This document shows positions 21,071 to 29,880 of a DNA stretch of 45,143 nt, one piece after another. The DNA lies in the IMG/VR virus record IMGVR_UViG_3300038379_000312, positions 1 to 45,143 of that record, one strand, 5' to 3'. The stretch's first letter is position 1; the number at the start of each line of letters is the position of its first letter. Source of the DNA: a virus. A program made the translations under genes and the position numbers. The notes beneath the pieces were generated by a model, which was given only the letters and a program-made list of their open reading frames with translations, had not been told where the DNA came from and ran no database searches.

Positions 21071-21841
21071 TCACAGACGGTTGCGGGGTGGAGGCGGCGG
21101 CGACGGGGAGAGCAGGATCACGCTCCAGCCCTCGCCGGCCGTGTAGGCGCGGAGGAATTCCGGCGTGCTCATCCATTCGTATTTGTCGGCGCCGGGGAAG
21201 TTGTTGTCGAGGACGCACCAGTTCCGGCCGTCGCCGTGGACCAGGTTGACCATGTGGGCGATCCGCATGCCGCCGTAGCGGCCGCTGGGCGAATAGCTGT
21301 AGGTGACCGAGGGCATGCGCCCCGAGGCCAGGGCCAGCTTGAGGATTTCGAGATCGTTGCCCCGGACCTGCAGGTAACTGGGCTTCGGCAAGCGCCGCTC
21401 GGCGCAGTAGGCCTCGATCATCCGATCGACCTTCTCGGGGTAGCCGCCGCCCGGCTTGCTGGTCATCCAGCGCTGAAAGCCCTGGAGCTGCGCGACGTTT
21501 TGCCAGAGGGCAGCGTGTTCGATCGACGTGAAGACGCATAGGCCGGCGCCGGTGCCCGGCCCGCCCGGTCCCATGCCGCCGGTGTTTTTCTTGTGCAGCT
21601 CGCCGGGCAGATCGATCTGGATCTCGGTGCCGTCCGGCGCGATCGGCCCGCCCACGGTGGCGCCGACCGGCGCCTGCCGAGGGCCCCAGGGGCGCGGCTT
21701 GGGCTTGATCGGGCAGGGCTGATCGGGGGGACAGGGCGGAGACGGCGCCGGGGCGCTCGGTTGACCGCCGCCGCCGGCGAGCAGCAGGGCGCCGAGACCG
21801 ACCAGGGCCACGATGGTCAGCAGCAATCCGCGGTCCGTCAC
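21071..21841 (-). CDS. Membrane-anchored (SAR-like) cysteine peptidase, endolysin candidate, 256 aa
   Basis: GTG at 21839-21841 with GGAGG 8 nt upstream. The N-terminal Gly/Ala-rich TM is GLLLTIVALVGLGALLLAGGGG, followed by a Pro-rich linker. Papain-like Cys/His signatures: GAGLCVFTSIEHAALWQN and IAHMVNLVHGDGRNWCVLDNN. Confidence 0.55.
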   Translation of the reverse strand: MTDRGLLLTIVALVGLGALLLAGGGGQPSAPAPSPPCPPDQPCPIKPKPRPWGPRQAPVGATVGGPIAPDGTEIQIDLPGELHKKNTGGMGPGGPGTGAGLCVFTSIEHAALWQNVAQLQGFQRWMTSKPGGGYPEKVDRMIEAYCAERRLPKPSYLQVRGNDLEILKLALASGRMPSVTYSYSPSGRYGGMRIAHMVNLVHGDGRNWCVLDNNFPGADKYEWMSTPEFLRAYTAGEGWSVILLSPSPPPPPRNRL

Positions 21842-21846
21842 GGGGG

Positions 21847-22002
21847 CTACCTCCGGCTGAGGTGAGAGATGGCGACAATGGCGGACGCCGCGATCACGGC
21901 GACCAGCGCCCACCAGGCGACGTCGAGCAGCGCCGCGATCCGGGCCTCCAGTTCGGGGGAGAGGCGGATCGGCAGGGCCAGGGCCTGGGTTTCATCGATC
22001 AT
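21847..22002 (-). CDS. Possible single-TM protein (holin/antiholin candidate), 51 aa
   Basis: Translation: MIDETQALALPIRLSPELEARIAALLDVAWWALVAVIAASAIVAISHLSRR. Its stop lies within the endolysin SD region. It is below the track cutoff and has no clear SD. Confidence 0.3.
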   Translation of the reverse strand: MIDETQALALPIRLSPELEARIAALLDVAWWALVAVIAASAIVAISHLSRR

Positions 22003-22035
22003 GGCGGCGATTGTTGCCGACTCGCTGGCCCGAAA

Positions 22036-22863
22036 TCACGCCGGCAGGTTGTAGGTGACCGCGGTGCGATTCCCCGAGCCGTCGACGGTGAAGGTGATAC
22101 GCGTGGTGGCCGGCGCGCCCATGGCCGCCGCGGTGACCGTGAGCGAGGTGGCGCCGGCGATGACCCCGCAGTTGGCGGCACATAGCGCCGACAGGGCCTG
22201 GCGGGCGTTGATCGTCGACGGGGTGCCGCCGCTCTCGACCAGGACCGCGTCCAGGCCGTCCCCGCCGAGCTTGGCCAGCCGCTGCAGGGCCAGCTCGGTG
22301 AGCAGGACCTTGAACGTGGTGGTGTTGTCCGGGGTCGTTTCCCAGTTGGGCTCGACGGTCGCGATCTTGGTCGAGCCGACATAGTCGGTGATGACCCGGG
22401 CCTGGTTGTTCAGCTTGCCCGAGCCGCCACCACCGCCGGTGCCGCCGGTGGTCTGGACGATGCAGCCGTTGTAGAAATCGTCGACGGCCGAGGCCGAGGA
22501 ATCGAGCGTGATCGTGCCGGCGGCGCCGGCCTGGGCGGTGCCGCTGCGGAGGGTGGGCAGGACGCGCGGACTCAGGTCGAGGAGCTGGTTGTTGGGGCCG
22601 GACGCGACCTTGGCCGCGACGCCCAGGGCGGAGCAATCGGTCTCGTCGCCGGTCAGCGTGATGTACCCCATGCCGTTGCTGCCGGTGATCGTGGCGACCT
22701 CTTCGGTGCAGTCGGTGAACGCTGCGCCGTCCTTGCTGACCTCGGTGTCGGGGGTGACCGGGTCGGTGGGGACGCCGCTGCTGTTGAGGTAGCGGACCAG
22801 GAGGGTGAACCGCGCCCCCTTGACGGGGTAGGGTAGGGCGGCGTGCGAGATGTGGTTGGCCAT
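22036..22863 (-). CDS. Hypothetical fibre-associated protein, 275 aa
   Basis: ATG at 22861-22863. It contains SGTAQAGAAGTITLDSSASAVDDFYNGCIVQTTGGTGGGGGSG...ATVEPNWETTPD and a C-terminus resembling that of 36431..37234 (...DGSGNRTA). Confidence 0.6.
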   Translation of the reverse strand: MANHISHAALPYPVKGARFTLLVRYLNSSGVPTDPVTPDTEVSKDGAAFTDCTEEVATITGSNGMGYITLTGDETDCSALGVAAKVASGPNNQLLDLSPRVLPTLRSGTAQAGAAGTITLDSSASAVDDFYNGCIVQTTGGTGGGGGSGKLNNQARVITDYVGSTKIATVEPNWETTPDNTTTFKVLLTELALQRLAKLGGDGLDAVLVESGGTPSTINARQALSALCAANCGVIAGATSLTVTAAAMGAPATTRITFTVDGSGNRTAVTYNLPA

Positions 22864-22864
22864 G

Positions 22865-23200
22865 TTATGCCCAGGGGACCATCGGCTCTTGCAGCGTCAG
22901 GGTGCCGTAGGAGAGCACGGCGTGGTTGCCGGAATCAATCCGGGCGACGTCGTAGAGGTAGAGGCCGGGGGCGATGCGGATGGTGTCGGCGTCGGCCAGG
23001 TCGAGCCGGAAGGCGCCGCCGGGCCCGTCGGTGATGGTGATCCCGCTGCTCGTCGACTTGAGAATCAGCACCGGGCCGTCGACGGCCTGGCGTACGGCGA
23101 ACTGCAGCGTCCAGCCGGTGATGTCGGCGACCGGGCTGAGCGTCCAGGTGATCTGCACGTCCTCGCGCTGGTGGAACGACAGGTCGTTTTCGGTGCTCAT
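22865..23200 (-). CDS. Hypothetical beta-sandwich-like protein, 111 aa
   Basis: ATG with AGGAG upstream. Begins MSTENDLSFHQREDVQITWTLSPVADITGWTLQFAV... Confidence 0.6.
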   Translation of the reverse strand: MSTENDLSFHQREDVQITWTLSPVADITGWTLQFAVRQAVDGPVLILKSTSSGITITDGPGGAFRLDLADADTIRIAPGLYLYDVARIDSGNHAVLSYGTLTLQEPMVPWA

Positions 23201-23211
23201 GGTCGCTCCTC

Positions 23212-24045
23212 TCAGACCGAGGCGGTCAGGGCCAGGTCAGTGCCATCGTTGGCACTGAGGCTGAACGTGGTGTCTCGCGCGGCCGCGGCACTGATCGCCC
23301 GGCCCTGGAACTGCCAGTAGGACTTCCGCGCTGTCTGGTGGTAGAGATCGAAGCGAGTACGGCGGTCAGCCATCTGCTGAACGACGGCCGGCTCGACGAC
23401 GCGGTTGTAGAGCCTGACATCACGAAACCTGCCGTCGAAGGTGGTGCCGAACGCTCCGATGAACTTCTGGCCCAGGCCGGCAGAGACGCCGTTGAAATCG
23501 AAGTTGCTGGTGCTTGTCTTCGCCTGCTGGACACCGTTCAGAAAGGCGGTGACCACGCCGCCGCTGGCGTAGGTCACGGCCAGGTGATGCCAGGTACTGG
23601 CGGAGATCATCCCCACCGAGCCAAGCAGTTCCCAGGTAGCGCCATCCCAGCACTGCAAGTCGCCGGCGCCTGTGATGATGCCGAGGGCGCCGCCCTGGCT
23701 AGTCAACCCGGAGGCCTGGCTGAAAATGCGCCGGTCGTTCGCATTGCTGTCGGCATAGAGCCACATGGTTAACGTAACCGGGGCTGCCGCTTTCAGGTCG
23801 CCCAGGTCGACCCAGTCGTCCGTGCCGTCGAGATCGAGAGCATGGCCGAAGCCGCTGAGCGTGTCGCCCACCCACGTCGGGCCGCTGGTCAGCGCGCCGT
23901 GGCGGCCGCGGCCGGCCTGGTCGTAGAGTGCCAGGCCGCCGGCGGGCGCCATGGGCCACCAGTAGGCCAAGCCCTGGGCCTGGGGACTGAGGCGGTTCAG
24001 ACCAAAGGGCCAGGCCACGCCGTGTCTTGCCGAGCGTCGACGCAT
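23212..24045 (-). CDS. LamG/concanavalin-A-like lectin domain protein, 277 aa
   Basis: HALDLDGTDDWVDLGD...TLTMWLYADS...RIFSQ...STWHHLAVTY...LNGVQ...FDGRFRDVRLYNRV is the typical LamG-like jelly-roll (Laminin_G_3-type) pattern. Confidence 0.75.
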   Translation of the reverse strand: MRRRSARHGVAWPFGLNRLSPQAQGLAYWWPMAPAGGLALYDQAGRGRHGALTSGPTWVGDTLSGFGHALDLDGTDDWVDLGDLKAAAPVTLTMWLYADSNANDRRIFSQASGLTSQGGALGIITGAGDLQCWDGATWELLGSVGMISASTWHHLAVTYASGGVVTAFLNGVQQAKTSTSNFDFNGVSAGLGQKFIGAFGTTFDGRFRDVRLYNRVVEPAVVQQMADRRTRFDLYHQTARKSYWQFQGRAISAAAARDTTFSLSANDGTDLALTASV

Positions 24046-24052
24046 GTCAGTC

Positions 24053-24520
24053 TCACTGGAACTCGTCGTTGAAGGTGCGGAGCTTGAGGACGTTTTCGTT
24101 GTCGGTGTTCGTGAAGGCCTGGCCGCCCTTGTTGATGACCAGGGGCTTGAACTTGCCGGCCGGCAGCAGCAGGCCGCGGAGGGCCAGGCGCTGCTGGGTG
24201 TTGACGGCGCGGAGCGGGAAGACGCCGACCAGCGCCGAGGCCGGCGGCGCCACGGAATCGTCGCCGTCCTGATAGTTCATGCCGTCGACCGGCTGGATCA
24301 GGTACAGCTCGACGTAGCCGCCGCTGCTGAACGCCGAGGCCCCGCGGACCAGCAGCTCGAAATCGCCATACTGGTCGCGGTTGGCGGCCAGGGAGTTGTC
24401 GACCTCGCTCCCGACCTTCTGGCCGTTGTTCGCCAGGTTCTTGAGCGTGGGCGCCGAAGCATCGCCGTTGATGACGGTGCTGATGGCGTTCTGGGCGGAC
24501 CATTTGATCTTGCTGGCCAT
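24053..24520 (-). CDS. Hypothetical structural protein, 155 aa
   Basis: ATG start. Sits between the fibre and LamG genes. Confidence 0.6.
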   Translation of the reverse strand: MASKIKWSAQNAISTVINGDASAPTLKNLANNGQKVGSEVDNSLAANRDQYGDFELLVRGASAFSSGGYVELYLIQPVDGMNYQDGDDSVAPPASALVGVFPLRAVNTQQRLALRGLLLPAGKFKPLVINKGGQAFTNTDNENVLKLRTFNDEFQ

Positions 24521-24539
24521 GAGTTACTCCTATCACCGA

Positions 24540-25955
24540 TCACAGGCCGACCAAAACTCCCTGCGCATCGTAGGTGGTGCTCGATCCGCCGTCCTTCACC
24601 TCCAGTTGCAGGCGGGTCCATGGTCCATACGTGGTGCCGCCTCCCGTGATGTACAGCCCGATCAGCGAAACCACTTCATAGATGCCGGCGCCGATGGTGT
24701 TGGTGTAAGACGAGGAATTGCCATAGCGGTCTTCGGCGGTGATTCGGAGGTCCAGGTTTTGCGAACCGGTGTTCTTCACCGTCAATGTGCCGAAGAAACC
24801 AGGGTGCCCGGTCTCATTGAAAACGACGACGTAGCTCCCCGTGGTGGTTCCCGTGTGGTCGATGTCGTAGGAATTGCCGGTGCCGCCGATGCCGCTGGTG
24901 TCCTGCCAGGTCGAATCGCCGCGCAGGAACTTGCTGCTGTTGGCCGTGCCGGAGCCCAGGCGGGCTGTGTCCATGGTCCCCGACGTGATCTTGCTCGCGT
25001 CGAGATTGGGGATCTCGCTGGCCGCCCAGGTGCCGGTCGAGGAGACGAACGTCTTGGCGAACGTGCCCGTTGTGATCTTGCTCGCGTCGAGATTGGGGAT
25101 CTCGCTGGCCGACCAGGCGCCGGTCGAGGAGATGAACGACTTGGCGAATGTGCCCGTCGTGATCTTGCTCGCGTCGAGGCTGGGAATGTCCGCCGCCACC
25201 AGGGCCCGGAACGCGGGCGCCGCCGCGCCGCCGGAGGTGGGGCCGGCGAACACGGTGTTGGCGGTCTGGGTGTCAAACGTGACCGTGAACGTACCCGATC
25301 CCGTGATGGGGTTGCCCGACACGTTGAAGACGTCGGTGGGCAGGATCAGGTCGACGGAGGTCACCGTGCCGGTGCCGCTGGCCGTCTTGTAAGTCTGGTC
25401 GTCGGCCAGGAATTTGCTGCCCGCCCCGGCCGAACCCGTGCCGAGCTGGGCCTGGGGCACGTGGCCGCCCGAATCGAGGCTGGGGTAGCCGTGGGGCTGC
25501 CCTTTGTGGTCGGTGCGCTCCTGGGTGTAGACCTGCCCGCAGTAATGCCAGAGGTGGCAGCCGGCGAGCGTGATGGCGCCCTGGCGGTTGGGGGTGCCCG
25601 AGTTCCAGAGCGATCGCGGCCAGACGCGGGGCGAGAAGACGCTGGGCGTGCAGTGGTGGGGGATGGCCAGGTCGACGAAGAGCAGGGCTTCGCCGGCGTT
25701 GACGCCCTGGGCGCAGCCGATGCCCTCCTCGGCGGTGAGGATGATCGTGTCCGGCTCTTCCTGGCCGCCGCGGACGCTGTCGGGCGTGTCGTCGTCGCGC
25801 TCCCAGTCGTCGCGGGTCAGCAGCCGGAAGCGCAGCACCGGGTAGCGGCCGCGGTGCTGGTCGGCGCCGCCCATGCCCTCGACCTGGCGGACGATGTCCT
25901 GGAGGTGGCGGTAGCCACGCTTGCTCAGGCCGAAGATCGGTTTCCGCTTGGGCAT
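24540..25955 (-). CDS. Tail fibre protein with IPxLDASKITTGTFA repeats, 471 aa
   Basis: Three copies of IP(S/N)LDASKIT(T/S)GT..., a motif common in phage tail-fibre repeats. The C-terminal domain is beta-rich. Confidence 0.75.
   Translation of the reverse strand: MPKRKPIFGLSKRGYRHLQDIVRQVEGMGGADQHRGRYPVLRFRLLTRDDWERDDDTPDSVRGGQEEPDTIILTAEEGIGCAQGVNAGEALLFVDLAIPHHCTPSVFSPRVWPRSLWNSGTPNRQGAITLAGCHLWHYCGQVYTQERTDHKGQPHGYPSLDSGGHVPQAQLGTGSAGAGSKFLADDQTYKTASGTGTVTSVDLILPTDVFNVSGNPITGSGTFTVTFDTQTANTVFAGPTSGGAAAPAFRALVAADIPSLDASKITTGTFAKSFISSTGAWSASEIPNLDASKITTGTFAKTFVSSTGTWAASEIPNLDASKITSGTMDTARLGSGTANSSKFLRGDSTWQDTSGIGGTGNSYDIDHTGTTTGSYVVVFNETGHPGFFGTLTVKNTGSQNLDLRITAEDRYGNSSSYTNTIGAGIYEVVSLIGLYITGGGTTYGPWTRLQLEVKDGGSSTTYDAQGVLVGL
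24986..25195. repeat. 87-nt in-frame tandem repeat (2.4 copies) inside the tail fibre gene
   Basis: Copies start at 24986, 25073 and 25160 (gatcttgctcgcgtcgag...). Each encodes a 29-aa repeat. Confidence 0.85.
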
Positions 25956-25958
25956 GGC

Positions 25959-26330
25959 TCAGTCGTTGTAAAGTTTAATCATGACCTTGCAGGCCGACGT
26001 GTCGGCGATCATGCGGAGTGTCACGCCCGGCGCCATCCGGGTCCAGACGATCTCGCCGGGCTTCATCCTGCCCATCTCGACCATGGCGCCGGCGGACTTT
26101 GGCCCGTACTTCACGAAATTGACCGTGTCGAGATTCTGCATGAAGAGCTTGCCGTTGGTCGCCACGTCGGTGAAGGTGATGTCCTCCTCGGAGGTGCCAA
26201 TGGTAGCGATGCCCGGGCCGCCGCCGCCGAGTGTCGTCTGCGTGACCTTCTCGGTCTGGGCCGGGATCTCGTCGCGGAAATAGCCGTTCCGGCAGTAGCC
26301 GGAGTAGCTGAACTGGATTTCGTCCGCCAT
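25959..26330 (-). CDS. Hypothetical protein, 123 aa
   Basis: ATG at 26328-26330. Begins MADEIQFSYSGYCRNGYFRDEIPAQTEK... Confidence 0.6.
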   Translation of the reverse strand: MADEIQFSYSGYCRNGYFRDEIPAQTEKVTQTTLGGGGPGIATIGTSEEDITFTDVATNGKLFMQNLDTVNFVKYGPKSAGAMVEMGRMKPGEIVWTRMAPGVTLRMIADTSACKVMIKLYND

Positions 26331-26343
26331 GTGTTGGTTCTCC

Positions 26344-27270
26344 TTAAAGTCTTAGCGCCGCGAAGGGCAGCTCCTTGTAGACCTTGAAGGGCAGGAACAC
26401 CAGATCCCGGCCCTTCTGTAGCTTGTGGCCGGCCCCGTCGAGCGGATGCGGCGCGGAGCAGAATTCCTCGCGAACCTTGTTGTTCTCGTCACGGACCTGA
26501 ACCTTGATGTGCTGCAGCATGCCCAGGTTGTTGGCGTCCTTCTCGAAGAAGCCCTGGTCGAGCTTCTCGACCTGCCAGCCCTCGCGGCGGAAGCCGATTT
26601 CGTAGGTCACCGAGTAGTAGAGCTGGCCCTTCTTGCTCTGGGTCTGGGCGCCGATGTTCTCGATCTTGGCCTGGCCCTTGCGGGCGATCAGGGTCGAGCC
26701 GCCTGGCAACGTGTAACTCCAGACATCCGCGTTGACCGCGTCCTCGTAGTCGATGGCCAAGGAGGCGTTGAAGGCCTTTTCGTTGCGGGTGATGGTGATG
26801 ACGGGGATAGACTCATCCACTTCCAGAGGCGGGTCGAACTTCTCGCCGGCCGAGTTGGCGATCGGCTTGCCGTCCTTGTCGCGCTCGACCGGCCGGGTGA
26901 TGTGCCGGAACTGGAAGCCGATCTGCGGCGGTTCGTCCTCGGGGTCGTCCGATTGCTGCTCCTCTTTCTGCTGGTCCTTCTGGGCGTCGTTGGTCTCGGC
27001 GGAGGTGTCGTAATCGCAGGAGACCTCCCAGTGGTTCGGGTCGGACTGGTCGTGCTGGGCGTTGACGTCGACGCAGAAGGCGCGGGGGTCGATCTCGGTG
27101 GCGGTGCGGTAGACGTCGCCGATCCGGACGCCGACGGCGTCCTTGACCGCCTTCGGGCCGTCTTCGACCGACGAGGTCACGACCTTGAAGACGCGGGAAT
27201 AGACCCGGTTCTCCTCGGTCTCGCCTGCCTTGCGGCCTTCCCAGTGCTCGCGGACCCAGAGGATCGCCAT
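26344..27270 (-). CDS. Hypothetical distal-tail/baseplate-position protein, 308 aa
   Basis: The ATG at 27268-27270 lies immediately after the tape-measure stop; the track start at 27291 is a TTG. Assigned by position only, and it has an acidic central linker. Confidence 0.5.
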   Translation of the reverse strand: MAILWVREHWEGRKAGETEENRVYSRVFKVVTSSVEDGPKAVKDAVGVRIGDVYRTATEIDPRAFCVDVNAQHDQSDPNHWEVSCDYDTSAETNDAQKDQQKEEQQSDDPEDEPPQIGFQFRHITRPVERDKDGKPIANSAGEKFDPPLEVDESIPVITITRNEKAFNASLAIDYEDAVNADVWSYTLPGGSTLIARKGQAKIENIGAQTQSKKGQLYYSVTYEIGFRREGWQVEKLDQGFFEKDANNLGMLQHIKVQVRDENNKVREEFCSAPHPLDGAGHKLQKGRDLVFLPFKVYKELPFAALRL

Positions 27271-27271
27271 G

Positions 27272-29152
27272 TCAGAGGTCCCCCTCTTCAAGGACCGGCG
27301 CCTTGTCGATCTTCTCGACCAGCCGCTTGAGGAATTCTTCCTGCCGCTTCTGGATCTTCTTGGTCTCGATGGCCTCCTTGACCAGCTTCTCCAGCGGATC
27401 GGCGACCAGGTGGTCGCCCATGCCCTGCTTCTCGAAGCGGGTCTGGGCGGAGATGGCGGCGGCGCTGCCGCGGTCGATCAGCTCCGGGCCGGCCTTGAGG
27501 CCGGGTATCTCCTGGAGTTTGCCCAGGCCCAGCTCGCCGGCCTTCTGCTTTAGCAGCGCCTGCAATTCGTCGGCCTTGAGCTTGCCCTGATCCATCATGG
27601 GGAACAGCTTGTCCAGCTCCTCCTGGAACTTCTGCTCGGGCGGCTTGCGGTCCTCGGCGATCTTGCCGAGCCGTTCTTGCACGGTCTGGAATTCCTTGAG
27701 CTTGCCGAGCTGCTTCTGCAGGGCCTCGACCTCTTCCAGGTGGGCCGCGGTCGCGCCCTTCTGGGCCAGCTTCCAGCGCTCGATGGCGTCGGCCGACAGG
27801 CCGAAGGTATCGATCTGCTCCTGGAGCGAGGCCGTGAGCTTGCCGACGTCGTCGGCGACCGCGCCAATACGGGCGGCCTCGGCGGCCGCCTTGCGGTCCT
27901 CGGCGGCTTTCTTGGCAGCGCCGGCGACGGCCGCCTGCTCCTGGGCGCCGGCGCCCGCCATCTCGCGCATGCGATTGATGAAAGCTTGTGCCTGATCCTC
28001 GAATTTCCCGCCGCCCGCCTTGAACTGATTCAAAAGGTCCTCCAGCGGATTCTCGAAGTTGACGGCCTGGCCGATGGCTTTCTTGTTGAGATCCCGGATC
28101 TGCTGCGTGAAAACGCTGTCCAGGTGGTCAAAGAAATTCTGGTCGATCTGGCCTTCGGCGAGTTGCTTCTTGATCCGTTCGCGGCCCTTCATGAGGTCGT
28201 CAATCTGATCAAGTGTCTGCTGACGATCCACCGCGCCGCCGAACTCCGAGCCCACCTTGAGGAGGTTGACAGCCCTTTCCGCGACAACCAGCATTTCCAG
28301 CAGTCCGATGCCGAACTGCTTGACGCCGTCCAGCGCCTTGGCCAGGTAGAGGACCACGGATTCGATGGCCGAGCGGATCTTGGCGCCCCAGCCCTCGCCG
28401 GCGGCGGCTGACTCGACCAGATTGTTGAGCAGCTCGTCGAACAAGGGCGCGACAAAGATGGCGATCTGGGTGCCGACGCCCACCAGCAACTTCTTGAACT
28501 TGTCCCAGGTGTCGAGCATCTTGTTGACACCCTCGGCCTGGGCGCCGGTGAAGGTGAGACCCAGCGCCGTCGCCTCCTCGCGGAACTTGAGCAGCCCCTC
28601 GCGGCCCTCGCGCAGGAACAGGACCATCTTCTGGCCGGACTTGCCGAAGATGTCCATGGCCGCGGCGGCCTGCCGGGCCGGCGAGTCGATCGCGGCGATC
28701 TTGTCGGCGATTTCCAGAATGGCGCTTTCGGTGTCCATGTCGGCGAGCGCGCCGACGTCAAAGCCCAGGCGCTCAAACTTCTTCCGCGCGTCCTCGGAGC
28801 CGCCTTGCAGCTCGCCCAGGGCGTTGAGCATCTTCTCGACGGCGCCGTTGAAGTCCTCGGCGCTGGCTCCGGACTGGTCGGCGGCGTGCTGGAAGCCGAT
28901 CAGGGCCTCGGTGGTCAGGCCGAAGCGGTCGCTCAGGTCGAAAGCGGTGTCGATGGTGCCGAAGGCCTGGGTGGTCCAGTCCTTGAGGGCCGCGACCCCC
29001 GAAGTGACGGCGTCGGCGAGCAAGGTGCCGGCGGCCACGGCGGCGGCGGCCTTGGCGAAACCGGCGAGGGCGCTCTTGCCCTGGTCCAGGCCCTTGACCA
29101 GGCCGGAGGCGTTGGCGGACAGCATCACGGCCAGGTTGCCGATCGTGGCCAC
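27272..29152 (-). CDS. Tail tape measure protein, 626 aa
   Basis: Long, alpha-helical and Ala/Lys/Glu/Gln-rich. It sits directly after the G/GT chaperones. GTG start at 29150-29152. Confidence 0.85.
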   Translation of the reverse strand: MATIGNLAVMLSANASGLVKGLDQGKSALAGFAKAAAAVAAGTLLADAVTSGVAALKDWTTQAFGTIDTAFDLSDRFGLTTEALIGFQHAADQSGASAEDFNGAVEKMLNALGELQGGSEDARKKFERLGFDVGALADMDTESAILEIADKIAAIDSPARQAAAAMDIFGKSGQKMVLFLREGREGLLKFREEATALGLTFTGAQAEGVNKMLDTWDKFKKLLVGVGTQIAIFVAPLFDELLNNLVESAAAGEGWGAKIRSAIESVVLYLAKALDGVKQFGIGLLEMLVVAERAVNLLKVGSEFGGAVDRQQTLDQIDDLMKGRERIKKQLAEGQIDQNFFDHLDSVFTQQIRDLNKKAIGQAVNFENPLEDLLNQFKAGGGKFEDQAQAFINRMREMAGAGAQEQAAVAGAAKKAAEDRKAAAEAARIGAVADDVGKLTASLQEQIDTFGLSADAIERWKLAQKGATAAHLEEVEALQKQLGKLKEFQTVQERLGKIAEDRKPPEQKFQEELDKLFPMMDQGKLKADELQALLKQKAGELGLGKLQEIPGLKAGPELIDRGSAAAISAQTRFEKQGMGDHLVADPLEKLVKEAIETKKIQKRQEEFLKRLVEKIDKAPVLEEGDL

Positions 29153-29153
29153 G

Positions 29154-29854
29154 TCACTTGATCTCCCCGCCCATGGCCAGCGTCAGGGCGCGGGCCAGGG
29201 CCTGCATTTCCTCGGGGCTCTTGTGCGGCCGCCTCTGCGGGCCGTCGAAGTCGAGCAGGAAATCGCTGAGCGCGAAGGGCTTCCTCCGCCGCTTGCGGTC
29301 GCGGTGGAGGTTGGCCAGGAGCGCCATCTGCGCGGCGGCGCGGACGTCGGCGCGCTGCTCGCCCAGCGGCTCGAGGGTGGCGAACGCGAGCCACTCGCTG
29401 AACTCCCGGCTGTCCATCTCGGCCAGGAGCTGGCGGACCGTCTTGCCCAGGGCGAGCGCTAATCGGAAGGCGAAGCGTCGCTCGGGGCGGTCTCGGAGTT
29501 TTTTGCCAGCTCCTCGACGTCCTGGCGGGTGAAGCCGTTGATCCGCTGGGCCACTCCGAAGACCTTGTCGAGGGCCTTGCCAGATTTCTGGCCGAGCGCC
29601 GCGACCTCCGCGTCGGTGAAGAGACGCTGGCCGGCCTCATCGACCATGCAGAGGGCGCAGAGCTTGGCGCGGATGTTGGTCAGGTTGACCTCGCGGCGCT
29701 TGCCCCGCTGCTCGCTCATGTTTTGCTCGAACTCGTCGCGTTCGGCCGCGCTGATGGTGCGGACGATCACCGAGCCGTTCCATTCCTCGACGTTGATCCG
29801 CTCGACCGGCAGGTCGGTGGCCTTGAGGATCTGATCCTTGGTCAAGAGCTTCAT
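29154..29854 (-). CDS. Tail assembly chaperone GT fusion via -1 programmed frameshift (~233 aa)
   Basis: The -1 frame stays open from the slippery site through ...KKLRDRPERRFAFRLALALGKTVRQLLAEMDSREFSEWLAF... to the stop at 29154. The T frame is exactly -1 relative to G. Confidence 0.7.
29459..29854 (-). CDS. Tail assembly chaperone G, 131 aa
   Basis: ATG at 29852-29854 with GGGGAG upstream. Located between the major tail and tape measure genes. Begins MKLLTKDQILKATDLPVERINVEEWNG... Confidence 0.75.
   Translation of the reverse strand: MKLLTKDQILKATDLPVERINVEEWNGSVIVRTISAAERDEFEQNMSEQRGKRREVNLTNIRAKLCALCMVDEAGQRLFTDAEVAALGQKSGKALDKVFGVAQRINGFTRQDVEELAKNSETAPSDASPSD
29498..29504 (-). promoter_or_regulatory. 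-1 frameshift slippery heptamer A_AAA_AAC
   Basis: In the G frame the minus strand reads GCA AAA AAC, 13 codons before the G stop. The phasing is X XXY YYZ. Confidence 0.7.
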
Positions 29855-29880
29855 GAAACTCCCCTGAGGGTGATGTGGTA

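Noticed and set aside
1951-24045. Diversity-generating retroelement acting on the lectin-like, LamG or fibre genes.
   Set aside because: No reverse-transcriptase-like ORF (no YxDD motif) was seen in any frame. I found no template/variable repeat pair with adenine-specific mismatches.
24381-26387. Very long plus-strand ORFs (24381..26387 at 668 aa, plus 33495..35195, 11064..12899, 41533..43038, 43112..44824, 37188..38468, 28365..29462 and others).
   Set aside because: They lie antisense to minus-strand genes that carry clear family signatures (fibre, capsid, portal, terminase, tape measure). Their translations are Arg/Gly/Ala/Pro/Asp-rich low-complexity strings with no motifs. These are typical shadow ORFs of a high-GC genome.
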